This document shows positions 26,717 to 38,806 of a stretch of 64,000 nucleotides of DNA, one piece after another (within the stretch, counting starts at the first letter, position 1; the number at the start of each line of letters is the position of its first letter). Under the pieces are notes generated by a model. That model searched no databases. It was not told the DNA's origin and saw nothing but the letters and a program-made list of their open reading frames with translations. Position numbers and translations under genes: made by a program. Source of the stretch: Massalongia carnosa (taxonomy: Eukaryota); assembly GCA_965645245.1 (NCBI GenBank), contig OZ287085.1:1240001-1304000 (forward strand). The letters are read 5' to 3'.

Positions 26717-27202
26717 AGACACATGGCTAGCAGGTTGCAATTCTTCGGGATCTCGATCCGCGATCGTATGATTTATGTATTGAGTGAGCGCATAACAAGT
26801 AATACATTGTGCGGGAAAGCAGTGATTCATGCTTCCGATGATGCTTCGTAGACGCGACTTCGCCATTAACCTGAAAAACGTAAACGCGCTCGAGAAAATC
26901 GAAGATACAAGACTTATGAAACGATCGCTGTCAAGTGAGAAACGTATCCCTCAATCAGGAATGTAGCCCATCCCGAATCACCATCCGGTTCGCCGTCCTT
27001 GTCATGTCGATATGTAGCTAGCTGCTAATTAGAGCTCACACAACGTACCATTGCAGCGGTAATTTCCATTTTCTACTTGAATTTCGCTACAGAAAAAATA
27101 CAGATAGATAGATAAATAAATGCCTGCCTATCTGTCCACGTAAAGTGTGTTTTCCGAACGTGCCACCACAACCCCCCCCCCCCCGCCCCACCTTTTGCCA
27201 TC

Positions 27203-28732
27203 ATGCTGGCAGCACGAGGACTTCAGCCCGACAGACTGGAGCAATCGGCTCGACGGCTGTTAAGTGATGACGATGACGGTGAGGAGTGCTTTGTTGTAGA
27301 CGGAGTAGACGAAGAAAAGGGTTCTGGCGAGGAAAGTCATGGTCGGACGTGCAGAATCCGAATCAAGCAAATCTCCAGCAAGCTCGCCAGCCTCGGACAG
27401 TATGTCCTGCCGTCGTTCCTCCGGCCCTGCGCTCCGGTCCCGACTCGGCCCCCTCCATCATCGACGGCCCATCTCTCCGGTCTCCGCGGCGTGGCGTCCG
27501 TGGTGGTGTTCATCTACCATTTCGCGCACGGCTCGTATCCCGGCATGGACCACGCCTACGGCGACGACGGCGGCAACCGCAGCATCTTCCAGCTGCCCGT
27601 CGTTCGTCTCGTCTATTCCGCCGAGGCCATGGTTGCCTTGTTCTTCCTCGTCTCCGGCTGCTCGCTCTCCCACCGTGGCGTGGGGCACGTTCGCGCACGG
27701 AACCCGGACCGAGCGTGCGCCGTGGTTTCGTCCCTGGCCTTTCGCAGGCCCATGCGGCTGTATCTGCCGGCTCTCGCTTCCTCCTTCGTCGCCTATCTGG
27801 CGCAAAGGGCGGGCTGGATGCCTGCGAAAGGGTTGCCCGCGAGCTTTGTGGCGGGGCTCGCAGGCGATACCCGGCTGTATGTGGGGTATTTGGGCAGCGT
27901 CACGAGCGTGTGGAGCTGGGAAGTCGATTTCGATGGACTATGGTACAATCCGCATCTATGGACGATTCCGGTAGAGTTCCGGTGCTCGATGGTGCTTTTT
28001 CTCCTGATCAGCACTACCGCACGATGTGGGACGAAAACAAGGCTTCTTATCGATCTCGTATTGATAGCCTACTGCATACTCGGGAGGAGATGGGACTTGG
28101 CGCTTTTCATAATGGGCAAACTCCTCGCGGAATTATCGGCAATGCACGAGGAGAGGAGCGAGCTCAAGCGTATGAAGATCGGAGGTGATGCGCCTGTCCC
28201 AAGGAACCGGAGGATTCGACTGAGTTCTCTCGGCCGTCGGGCGCGCAACATGGTGTGCGTTGTCGTTCAGGTTTTGAGCCTACTCCTCGGCCTATACCTA
28301 GGGAGCTACCCGGCATCACCTCCGCGTAAGGCCCCGATCTACTCCGCGTTGTCTGCTCTGGTAAGCCACCACAGGACCGGTCGTCGCATCTATCATGGCC
28401 TTGCCGCCGTTCTGGTCTTGTACCCTCTCTTCTTCCTTCCAATCCTTCGGAGGCCGTTGAACAGCTCAGTGGCGAGATACCTCGGCAGGATCTCGTATTC
28501 GCTGTACCTCGTGCACGGAACACTGATACGGGTTCTTGGCGGGAGGATCCTCCGGTGGGCCTGGGGAGTCTCCGGGACGAAAGGATGGTGGGCGTTCAAC
28601 ACGGGCTTCGGACTCGCGAGCGTACTGTTTGTCCCGGTGGTTGTGTGGGTGGCGGATCTGTTCGAGCAGGGCGTGGAGAGACAATGTTTAAGGTTCGCCG
28701 CATGGGTTGAAGCAGGAGCGTGTAAGGGTTAG
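27203..28732 (+). CDS. Acyltransferase family 3 membrane protein (O-acyltransferase-like), intronless, 509 aa
   Basis: LSGLRGVA, FFLVSG, RRPMRLY, HLWTIPVEFRCS and YLGRISYSLYLVHG motifs with multiple TM segments. Confidence 0.88.
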   Translation: MLAARGLQPDRLEQSARRLLSDDDDGEECFVVDGVDEEKGSGEESHGRTCRIRIKQISSKLASLGQYVLPSFLRPCAPVPTRPPPSSTAHLSGLRGVASVVVFIYHFAHGSYPGMDHAYGDDGGNRSIFQLPVVRLVYSAEAMVALFFLVSGCSLSHRGVGHVRARNPDRACAVVSSLAFRRPMRLYLPALASSFVAYLAQRAGWMPAKGLPASFVAGLAGDTRLYVGYLGSVTSVWSWEVDFDGLWYNPHLWTIPVEFRCSMVLFLLISTTARCGTKTRLLIDLVLIAYCILGRRWDLALFIMGKLLAELSAMHEERSELKRMKIGGDAPVPRNRRIRLSSLGRRARNMVCVVVQVLSLLLGLYLGSYPASPPRKAPIYSALSALVSHHRTGRRIYHGLAAVLVLYPLFFLPILRRPLNSSVARYLGRISYSLYLVHGTLIRVLGGRILRWAWGVSGTKGWWAFNTGFGLASVLFVPVVVWVADLFEQGVERQCLRFAAWVEAGACKG

Positions 28733-29469
28733 ACTTGACGGTGACTGCTTTTCACGTGTGATATTCTGTGCTCTGTACGTGCGGCAATGAGACGATCGAG
28801 AGATTGTTGTCTATAACGCCGAGCGATGACGAAGCGCGTCAAGTCAGCGAAGAATATACCTTGGGTGAAAAGCAATACTACATTCGTCAAAATGTTCAAG
28901 AATCTCTTCTCATGTACTAGTCAGTCACATGAAATCGTGTCATAAATATCATTTTCATGAATGATGTCGATGATGATATATCAACAATTCATCGAATTCT
29001 CTCGCCGAGTTCAAGCATTGCCCGCCGTAGCTCTCGAACGAACACATTTTCCGCCGTCGTTCGGGCAGAGATCCTACTTTTGCCCAACCCGATCGGGCCC
29101 CGTCGGACGAGTTGGGTTTGAAAAGTTGTCCGAAACCCAACCCGACGGCCACTCTAGGATCGACCGTCAAACTTGCAAGCCTGATCATTTTTTGCACAAT
29201 CTCGTTAGACGAGCGCTTTAAATAACAGATCTTGATGTCAAATCGGACATCCTGATCGAGATGATATTTGACTATGTCGAACTTAAGATCAAAAACCTGA
29301 TCTCGAATCGAAGCGGGAATCTTGTTTGTTAAAGATGCATTCGATTAGTATATAGGCTTTTGAATAAAAAACAAACACTTTCATATCGAGATAAAGAGGA
29401 AAAACATACTGTTGACGACATAGAAAATCACGTTTTAAATTAATCGAGTCGGAATCAATATCAATATTG

Positions 29470-31195
29470 CTGCTGTCTCTCATATGAATACGGTTGGTGC
29501 TTAGCATCTGACCCAGCCGAGGACAATATTGGCGATAATGAACCCATTGACCGCAGAAATGACAAGCGCCACGTTGACTAGTCCCCTGCTGCTGCTGACC
29601 ATTGCCGTTCGGTTCATACAATTGTTGCGCCGCGTCTATTTGAGCTAAATTCGCCAGTGGGGGTATATTTTTATTTCCCGAGCCTGGGCTCGGGAAATCA
29701 TTTTTCTGCCAATTAGGCTTATTTTGATAGGCCAATATCTCCTCGCTGTCGTAATGTTCTGCTGCTGCTGACACTATCTTCTTGAAGTCAAGTGTTGAAG
29801 CGTCTGCAATATCGACGTGGGTGCGCTTGACCAACTTTGCTGCCAACACCGGATCCAGTCCTTCCAGGAACCATAGTCCGGCAGTGTAATCATCGATCTG
29901 CCCCGCTGCTCTCAGCTGAGGTACAATAACATTAAACTCCTGGCAGTATAGCTGCAAGTTCTTCCGACCGTCCTGAGTGGTATTCTTGTACTTCTCCAAA
30001 TACTGCCGCGAAATCTGCTGTTGAGGTGTGTCACATTTTGCATATGTCATCTTCATCGCCTTCACCACTCCTTCACCGTCATTCGCCTCGTACTCTGGAA
30101 GGGATATGATATATTCGCAACAAGACAGTGCGCAATACCTAGTCATCCGCTGCAAAACGTTCTCCTCGACAATATTATAGTCTGCCACAGATTCTTGGTA
30201 CCGCGATAGGAACTCCGTTGCGTCCTTGCCATCGAACCAAGGTGCATTAGCTGCTCCTGGAGGGGGAATAAGAATGGTACAAATCGGTATACCACAGGTG
30301 ATTGCCGATGTTGTCCCTAATGTGCCTACCAATCCTTCCGATGGTGTTTCTGTCTGTACAGTGACTGGAGGTGTCACTGCTGGAGTCGACCCCATCGAAG
30401 CAGATCCCGAAGATGAATCCGCAGGGTTTGCCCGCCGTCGATCATACGAACTCGTCGAAGAAGAACTCATTGTCGTCGCTGTTTTGGAAAGCTGTATTAA
30501 TGATTGAGAGAATACCGAAACCAAAGAAGATAAAGACTGTTGGAATTGCTGATGTTGCTGAAATAGCTGCTTGTTCTGTTCTTTTTGAAATATCAAAAGA
30601 TCTGCTATCGATACGGTCCACCTTTATGTCCTCTTGCTTTTCTGACCTGTCTGTCGTTGCTGTACTTGTATTGCTGCCCCCACTCCCTTCATCTGCCGCG
30701 TCTGCCACTACCGACATTAACCTTTCACCCTCATGTCGCGATCTGACCGCAATTCAGTTCTTATCTTCTCTGCATTCTGTCAAGGTCAAACGGACCCCCC
30801 GATCCTTTCTCTCTTTCTGCCTCCTTACTATCTCTTTGTTTCGTCTTCCTACCTACTCTTATTGTACGCAGAAAAGATATCTCCACTTGGTCGCCAGTGT
30901 GAAGGTAGGAGATGAGTGGTCCGAGAATGGAGGTAAGAACAATAGGAGAAAACACACTAAATGCCAAACTGTCTGTTTATATTGAACACAGTAGCAATTA
31001 TATTGAAACGACTGACTCGTACTGTACTGATCTGACTGACTGTATTGAACGGAAAACTGCTGTTCTATTCACTGTAGAAAAGACTTTGTGATGGTTGATA
31101 TTCCCTAGTGGATACCGATAAAATATAAAAGAAAACGGCACCCCTGCCGCCCATTATCCCTGACCCGACAACGTCAGCCCGGTGACTCTGTCACA
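29470..31195 (-). mobile_element. Truncated LTR retrotransposon remnant (probably Ty3/gypsy): 5' LTR 30898-31195, PBS and gag
   Basis: A TGTGA...TCACA-bounded 298-bp unit is followed on the minus strand by TGGCGACCAAGTGG (PBS-like). A gag-like ORF follows (APWFDGKDATEFL; knuckle CHFCGQWVHYRQYC). No pol is present. Confidence 0.65.
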
Positions 31196-32038
31196 ATACA
31201 AGGCGCTATTTAAGAGTTAATCTCCTTTAATTTTGACTGTATAATATCAGTAACCCTTAAATGCTCTATTCTTAACCAAGAACTTAGGCTCTTATATAGA
31301 CTATCGACACCACTAAAGGTAAATTCATCAATATCGCTAGAGCTTTGTGAAGCGAACAGCTGAATCAGATTGCTAGTCCTCCTTATCTCGCCCAAGAGCA
31401 ACTGCGTTCTCAGGGCAGTTTGCACCTGTTTATCATCGATCTCAAAGGACCCCATGGTCATGTGTGTAGGTATGACGGCAATGGCGGTGGCTCCGGTCAG
31501 TGTGGGCGTACCTGCACTACCCGTATTGACCGTGCTGCACGACCAAGACGACAGGGACCCGGTCATGTATCCAGACGGGGACAAATGGCATAAAACTGTA
31601 TCCGCGACTGCAACTTCGGGGCGCCATGAAGCTCTCTGAGAACAGCTAGCAGCTTGCTCATACCAGATCATGATACGGGAGATAATCGACGCATAAAGCA
31701 ACGCGAGATGTGGATATCTAGCACAGGAACAGGCCAAGAGGTAGCCGAGCTGTTCGCTAGACTCGCGATTAAGATGTAGAATATGATCCAAGGGCACGCA
31801 ACTAGTAGTGCCGGATATCGCTGACGTCGGGTCTGCTACTGATCGAGATGTAGAAGAGGTAATATTAGGGTTAAGCAAAGATAGGCTACCCAAGATATCG
31901 TGAGCTTTTCTACAACAGTTGTGGTCTTTGCTGCCTATGGATAGCAAAAATTCACCGTTGAAATATATGCTCTCATCGACTTGTATTCGAGAAGCCTTGG
32001 TCTGCTCTTCAGGAGTGGAATAGTGCTCCAACTCAGGA

Positions 32039-32557
32039 TATTGGAATTTGCCGAGATACCTGAATATTTGCGACCGAGGTTCTTTTGCCTCCTGCTTACT
32101 AATTTCCAGAGTAGGCAATCATATGCTATATGCGAAAAGCTTCAGATATCGGCACGACTTCGGCAACTACGAGGAGGCAAAAGTATGCAGCAAGAATGCT
32201 ACATTTCGGAGGCAATTCAGCTGTTCATGATCACTGAGTGTCTCGGTGTCTCCGGTCAGCAACGAGGTGTATTTTGCCCAGCTGAAAGGGTTCAAAGGAA
32301 GCAGGTTCATGCATTTGATATAGGCCGAGATGGAGGCCCTCAAGCAGTATAAAGAGACGATGATTCCTCATGTAATTTAGCTATTCAGTCGTTCAGAATT
32401 CAGTTCAGCAGATAGCTAAATTTGGAGTATCTTCACTGGAAATACGGAGTACCTGCATCACGTTTGCCAAGCACTTCTCTTTGCCTATCCTTGAAAGCCC
32501 TAGACCCTCTTCTCCTGCATCCCGCTGCCGTATGCCTGGTTGATTTTTTGTTCAACA
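32039..32557 (+). mobile_element. Solo LTR of copia family 3 inside the AflR-like gene, TSD CAGGA
   Basis: 519-bp copy of the family-3 LTR with CAGGA on both sides. Removing it rejoins ...LGSP/ELEHYS in frame. Confidence 0.95.
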
Positions 32558-32784
32558 CAGGAGATCCAAGCGTGGAGATTGGTCCAGTTTCATAATTGGC
32601 GGATAGGTTATCATCAAACTCTAGAGAATTAAGAGCAGGAAGTGACAGGTCAATGGGATTATCGCGAAAGGCATCTAACACATGAGCACTCGTCATGAGA
32701 CTATTATAATAGCCGTCCATCTTGCCCCACGCTGTGGACACATTATCGAGGCTTGAAATCTACCCGGAACTCGGAACGATATTA

Positions 32785-32913
32785 GCGTATGCAAAATGAT
32801 TTGCAATTTCGCTTATGAAAACACATACCACCAACATGACCCCACCATTCAAACTCCGTCATGTTGGTGGTATGTGTTTTCATAAGCGAAATTGCAAATC
32901 ATTTTGCATACGC
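32785..32913. mobile_element. 129-bp MITE with TA target duplication
   Basis: Perfect inverted repeat (32781-32840 / 32858-32917 including flanks) with a 17-bp spacer and TA on both sides. Removing it restores GNGINIVPSS in the host frame. Confidence 0.85.
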
Positions 32914-33719
32914 TAATACCATTGCCGGCGGAGCCACCTGTACTACCACCACTACTATTGTCGTCCAGTCTGTTCCTGTTGCGTGGCGGCTTCCCGGCTT
33001 TCCGTGACACTCCATAGACGCATGCTATGCCAACCGAAAGGCACCGTGTGCACTCGGGCTGGCTGCGATCGCATCTTAGCTTAGCAGCACCGCACCGATC
33101 ATAACTGGACCGTAGTTTGCGCTGCCTAAGCGTTTGAGGTGCTTCCTCACTCATTGTTTCTTGAAGGAACAATACTTGTCAGGCCGCATCGCCACTAGAT
33201 ATGCATCGTCATAACCTGGCATAGCACGAAGAGCTAGAAACCAAGGAGGAGAGCATCCTTTATAAAGAACGCGCATCCTATTCGGCGGTTAATGCAAACG
33301 AGGCACTACTATCACTATCGAGCTGGACCCGGGACTATCGGCAGTCAGCATGCTTAGCTCGTTGGCTGGGCGGAAGGATTGTTGGTGTTGGAAGGGGCTG
33401 AAGGAGCTAAATCGGGCCCAAACGGGGCCCAAATGGAGCATTCATAAAAGGGGGCACTCCGCTCGTGTGCTCGCCCCCATGTTGATGTTAGCCTGTGTTG
33501 GCCTAATAATCGGGCAAGCAGTCATTTGATAGAATTGTCGCTTTGCCCGCTCACCCACTCCATAGGCTCAGTCGCATAGATAGAGGGAGATCTTCGCGCC
33601 CTGGGGCAGCTTTGACAGCCAATTTGGCCTAGGAAGCTGCTTCTAGGGGCGGAGTTTGCCCAAACACTATACAGAAAGGCCTAGATGATATCCTGCATGT
33701 GATGCCCGAGAGTACTTTA

Positions 33720-35527
33720 ACGTATTTACTAGCCAAACGGGCCAGCTACCCAGTCGGGCCACCCCACCAAAAATTTGACCAAATCATCTTATCAACTTAA
33801 CAACCATTATTACATGATTTTATCATCATCTATTTCCAATATAATTACATGAAAATATCAATATCCATACCCATCTCTTTATATACTATTTTCGCAAATT
33901 TTACCTTTCCGTTTAAGGCATGATATCTAGCCTTTTGATTGGCTATTGCCTCAGCCGCCTTCTCCTTTTCTTCCATCATTGTACGTGCTGCACCCACAGT
34001 CAGCACCTAAGCCTTTTCACAACCCTTTCTAGACTGCTTTGTACGTCGAGTCTTTTGTTTATCAATAAGCTCCTGATTTGACTGTGTTAGAATGGTTTTA
34101 TCAGCAATAGCATTAAGAGCTATGATTTTCAGCTGTTCAACAGGCCCTCGAAGAGACGGAGTTATATTTTGTAGAAGGGTCTCACTAGTCTCTCTGATTT
34201 TCTTGATTGTTTTCGGAGTACTGATAGCGTTAATATCACGCGGAAAAGGTTTTGATCTCGATACTTTAGCTAGAACATAATTTGGATCGAATGGTACTAG
34301 ACCTGCACCTCGCCATGCAGAGCTGATGTTGATAATAGTCATGGCCTCCTTTCTAGCCTCCTGAATATAACTTAGAAAATCTATCTTCGAAACGTTGACG
34401 GCCCCATAGCGAGAGTGATTTGCTACCCGTTTTTTATAGGCCTTAGCTAGAGGTGAAAAAACGCCCACATCCAGAGGTTGCAATAGATGAGTTGAATGAG
34501 GGGGCAAACAAAGCGGTATGATTTTATGTTGCTCGCAATAAGTCATAAAATCGATAGATACATGACTTTCGTGTCCATCGAGTATAAGAAGTCTATAAAC
34601 GCCCTGCGTATGTCGAGTATGCAAATCGAACACCTCTTTCAGCCAATGGAGTGCTATTTCGTTGGTGGTCCATCCATTGGGACTGACTTGTAAGGTGGTC
34701 CTATTATCCTTGATAGGACCTAGCCAGGCTTGCTGTACTCGAACTCCTTGAAATATAAAATAAGCTGGTAAAACGGATCCCAAAGATGAAACACATTCAA
34801 TCATTGAAACCCAGTCCCTATTACCCGAATGGACGTTGAATGCTTCAGCTTCAGTGACTTTTACTAACACTTTGGAGCTATCGGCGATGCCCATGGCAAA
34901 CCCTTTTTCATCCATGTTGTATACATCTCCGTCGGCTATTCCATACTTCGTTCGGGTAGTCGAGTATAATTGATACCAGTCTTTTATGATATCAACGTTT
35001 CCAGCATCTTTTCGGACTTGATCCAGATTTCTACTGTGTTTGCACTTGAAATCAGGGTGTCTCTTTAAAAAATTCTGATACCAACAATGACCCAAAGGCT
35101 CGCTATCGCCCTTCGCATTCAGAAGATTTTTTGCCATGCTTTCTAGATGTTGTATGCGTGGGGGCCAGCCCCACTCGGTCATCTGTTCTATCCAGCCAAT
35201 CAGAGCCCTTTCCTCAATTACTGATAATCGTTGAGACTCTTCATGATAGGTTTTGGCTGATTTCCGACCGTGAATACGTGCTTGAAGGGTAGATCTAGGC
35301 ACGTTATACTCCTTAGCTAATTGACGCTGAGATATAGCAGGATTTCTTTTCAACTCAGCGATAGCTAATTCCATTCTAGTATCAGAACTATTAACATCAA
35401 TGATGGTTTCATTTGATGAGGCCATGGTGGTGTGGTACAAGATGCAAGGCGAAAAAGTTGAAATTTTGGTGTTGGTTTTGGTGGGTGGCCCGAATGGGTA
35501 GCTGGCCCGATTGGCTAGTAAATACGT
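33720..35527 (-). mobile_element. pogo/Fot1 DNA transposon D; transposase from ATG 35425, TAG at 34009-34007 probably premature
   Basis: TIRs ACGTATTTACTAGCCAA with TA TSD. HTH plus NMDEKG, LILDGHESH and QPLDVG motifs. The frame stays open past the TAG (VLTVGAAR...) to ~33846. Confidence 0.93.
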
Positions 35528-36321
35528 TAGTTATCCGTGCCACCCACATTACTCGGTTCGCCTCGCTTAGTGCTAGCCAGCCATACAACCCAACTCAGCC
35601 ATACAGCCCAAATCGTCAAAGTTCAACCATTCACCTTTCAACAATTACCATCCATCACCATCATGCCTGAATCATATACCGAAATCGAAATTCGCATTAC
35701 GAAGGCTATTGACGCCTTAAACACGCGGAAAAACGCGAAACTTCGAGCAATTGCACGGGGATTTGAAGTGCTTAGAGAAAGACTTCGTTCTCGATATCAT
35801 GGGGCCCCATCTAAATCAGAGATACGAGGAATGCATACTAGACGTCTGAAACCTGATCAAGAGTCGACCCTATATATGTATATCAAGAAACTGGACTCTT
35901 TGAACATACCTGCCCGATTGCACATGGTGCAAATCGCAGCAAATTTTATTCTTTATCAAACAGCTCCTGTTTCGGAACCGCCTCCTTTGATCGGGTCGTA
36001 TTGGACCAAGAGACGGTTAAATCGTCAGCCAGATTTATTCAAAGTTCGACGAAAACCTCTAGCTGTTGAGCGAACAAATGCACATGATTTGGACTTGCTA
36101 ATGGCTCACTATACAAAATACGAAGAGGTGATTGATGAGTATAGCATAGATCCTCAAGATCAGTGGAATTTTGATGACCGGGTATCGCATTGGCATGGCA
36201 CGGAATAATTGGATAGTCAATGCATCAAAAGACCGAAGAATCTATAATAACGATCTATTAAACAGAGAATCACTGACCGGAGTAGAATGTATCAATGGGA
36301 CTGGACGAGACATTCCCCCTA

Positions 36322-38806
36322 CTCGGGATGACTGGGATATGCAAAAAAACCTAGATATGCAACAGCACTAGTAGAGGTTTATATCCGATGTTTTATCCGA
36401 TGCGTTTATCCTGAAGCATTCCTACCAAAATTTATACTGTAGCGTCTCTACAAATCAGCCAATTGACCTATACCTAATCTTCAACCCTCAACCCTGGCCA
36501 TTGAAGCTATAATTGGTCTCAGCGCCTGGCCTAGCCATCCCTCCGTTACCAAAATATCATGCAAGCTGTTGAGGAAGACCCATTAGAAGAGGAATCAGAT
36601 ACAGAGGTCATCCCAAGGCGTGAGCGCATGGAGCTTGCTCTGATCTCCTTTGCCAAAGCTATCAAGCGGTGGGATGAAAATGAACTCCAACCTGAAATAA
36701 AGCCTAAGCAAGAGAAGCCTTCATTCCGCCAATATGCCAACAAATACAATGTTTGCCATACAACATTATATCGACGATACAAAGGAGAAACATTACCTCA
36801 TCACAAAGCTCATCAAGCCCAACAACGCCTCACTTTCATTGAGGAGGAATGCTTAGTAAACTAGATCGAATTATTGGCCAAATGGGGCTTCCCTCCAATG
36901 ATTTATCGAATCAAGTTACAAGCAGAAGAGATTCTCAAAAAAAAAGGAAATCATACCCCATTGGGATGTCACTGAGTGGAGAAGTTCTTGAATCGACATC
37001 ATTCGTTAAAATCTCGCTTTTGCACTCCGTCAGATAAAGAGCGTATCAATGCAGTCAATTACGAAACAATCAATCATTGGTTTAAGCTCTTTTCGGACAC
37101 AATGAAGCAATACAACATTGAAAAAAGAGACGTATATAATATGAACGAGAAGGGCTTTGCAATAGGCCAAGCAGGCAAACAGAAAGTAGTGGTTTCAAAG
37201 GCAAACCTCAATGCATACATGTGTCAGAATGGGAGCCGGGAATGGGTGTCTCTTCTTGAATGTATCTCTGCAGATGAAGCACTTCTTCCTTCTTTCGTCA
37301 TCTTTAAAGCAAAGACCCGAAGGAAGGCCTGGATGAATGAATTGAAGCGAGGTAATAACATCGCTATCAGTGACAAGGACTGGACCAATAATACACTCGC
37401 TTTCGATTTAAACGTGTATTTGATCCATATTCGAAGAAGCGACAACAAGGCGAATATCGCTTGCATATCCTCGACGGGCATGCTTCTCATATTACGTCGG
37501 AAGTTATTTAATTCTGTATCAATGAGAAGATTATTCTTGCTTGCCTTCCAGCTCACACGACTCACGTCCTCCAGCCGTTAGATGTGGGTTTCTTTCAGCC
37601 ACTGGGGAGTCTATCGGACCAAGCTACTGCGTCTGATAAAGTGGGATAGCAGTGCTAACGTGAATAAGGTCGATTTCATTGGATTATATCAACGAGCTCG
37701 GAATGAGACCGCCAAACTCACTACTATTCTCAGTGCTTGGCAGAAAGCACTTCTATTTCCTCTGGATCCAGAAAGTCTTTTGAAGACATTGCCACAGCCG
37801 AAAGATGTGATAAACATTGTTACTCTAAGGCCGTATACGCCATCAAAAGTATTCTTCCAATCGTCGGATGGCGTCACTATATCCGCTTCTATCAAGACTC
37901 CAAGAAATGCAGCTGAATTCGATGAAATCGTCCACAAAGCTATTGATGAGAAGGCTACCCAGCAAGAGATTATGAAGCTAGGCAAGGCTGGATCAAAAGC
38001 GTACGTCGAGAAGGTGTTACTAGAGACTACAAATACTGAATTGTTGGAGAATCAACAATGTAGAAAGGAGAAGACCAAACGTTCAAATCAACAGCTCGGT
38101 AAAGGACGTATAATGAACCATGATGTACTCGAAGAACGGGAGATGAAGAAGCACACAGAGGAGCAGAAGAAGCGTGCAGATAAACAAGAGAAAGAGTTCT
38201 GAGAGGCCTGGAAATCTGTGTGGAGCCTCATTGCAGAGCCCAAACCTCAAAATCTGAAAAACAAGACAAATAAGAGGGCACAGGCTTTCCAGCCAATTTT
38301 CATCGATTTAGACCCTTCAACACTTGCTCCGCCAGAGCCTTGCTTAGAGAATGAGAATCCGGAGCTCGCTATACAGACTCAGATACAGGATGTTAGGAAT
38401 AAAGAGATGAGAGATAAAAGAGGCAGTAAGTTAGTCAAGGCCCGAAGTGAGAGAATACATAAAATCAAGGACGCTGTGACGGTATTGCCTGTATATACGG
38501 CTTCTGGGAGGATAGTGAGACCTCCTAAAAGGCGAGATTGACTGCTTTATATACTACAACATGTATAATATAGCACTGAGCCGGCCTAGCGGGCGGGGCC
38601 TAAGCACCAAAGCTTTCTATAGCTTCAATTGTTTAAACCATTAGTTTGGCCGTTGCTTGCAATTATTAGTGCTCTGAAGATACTCCAGCCAAATTCGATA
38701 AGGAAGACTGGCAATGCTAATCAGAAGATTATCGGTCAAACTTCGGGTAAACCCCTATTAGTGCTGTTGCATATCTAGGTTTGTTGCATATCCCAGTCAT
38801 CTCGAG
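36322..38806 (+). mobile_element. pogo/Fot1 transposon B, transposase with stops and frameshifts
   Basis: TIRs CTCG(G/A)GATGACTGGGATATGCAA with TA TSD. Fragments at 36559-38541 include HTH, YNMNEKG, ILDGHASH and QPLDVG. Confidence 0.9.

Larger units (their letters stand above)
31210..33154 (-). pseudogene. AflR-like Zn2Cys6 transcription factor, disrupted
   Basis: N-terminal LRSSYDRC..AKLRCDRSQPECTRC....IACVY (first Cys replaced by Tyr) and a C-terminal AflR-like region (LLACSCA, LYASIISRIMIWY, GSFEIDD, QLLLGE). Removing the MITE and the solo LTR restores one frame, with a TAG at 32762-32760. Confidence 0.82.

Noticed and set aside
24717..26763. AflR-type TCG-N5-CGA sites at 24717-24727 and 26753-26763
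   Set aside because: A motif with six fixed bases is expected by chance at about this frequency, neither fits the tighter TCGSWNNSCGR form, and I saw none in the peptide/UstYa intergenic region.
27286..28188. Overlapping 300-aa and 211-aa ORFs
   Set aside because: They are shadow frames of the GC-rich acyltransferase gene.
31981..32352. Recurrent small ORFs (LEFAEIPEYLRPRFF..., MPRYLNICDRG..., MEYLHWKYG...) also near 5047, 39532 and 44944
   Set aside because: They are translations of the same family-3 LTR, not a gene family.
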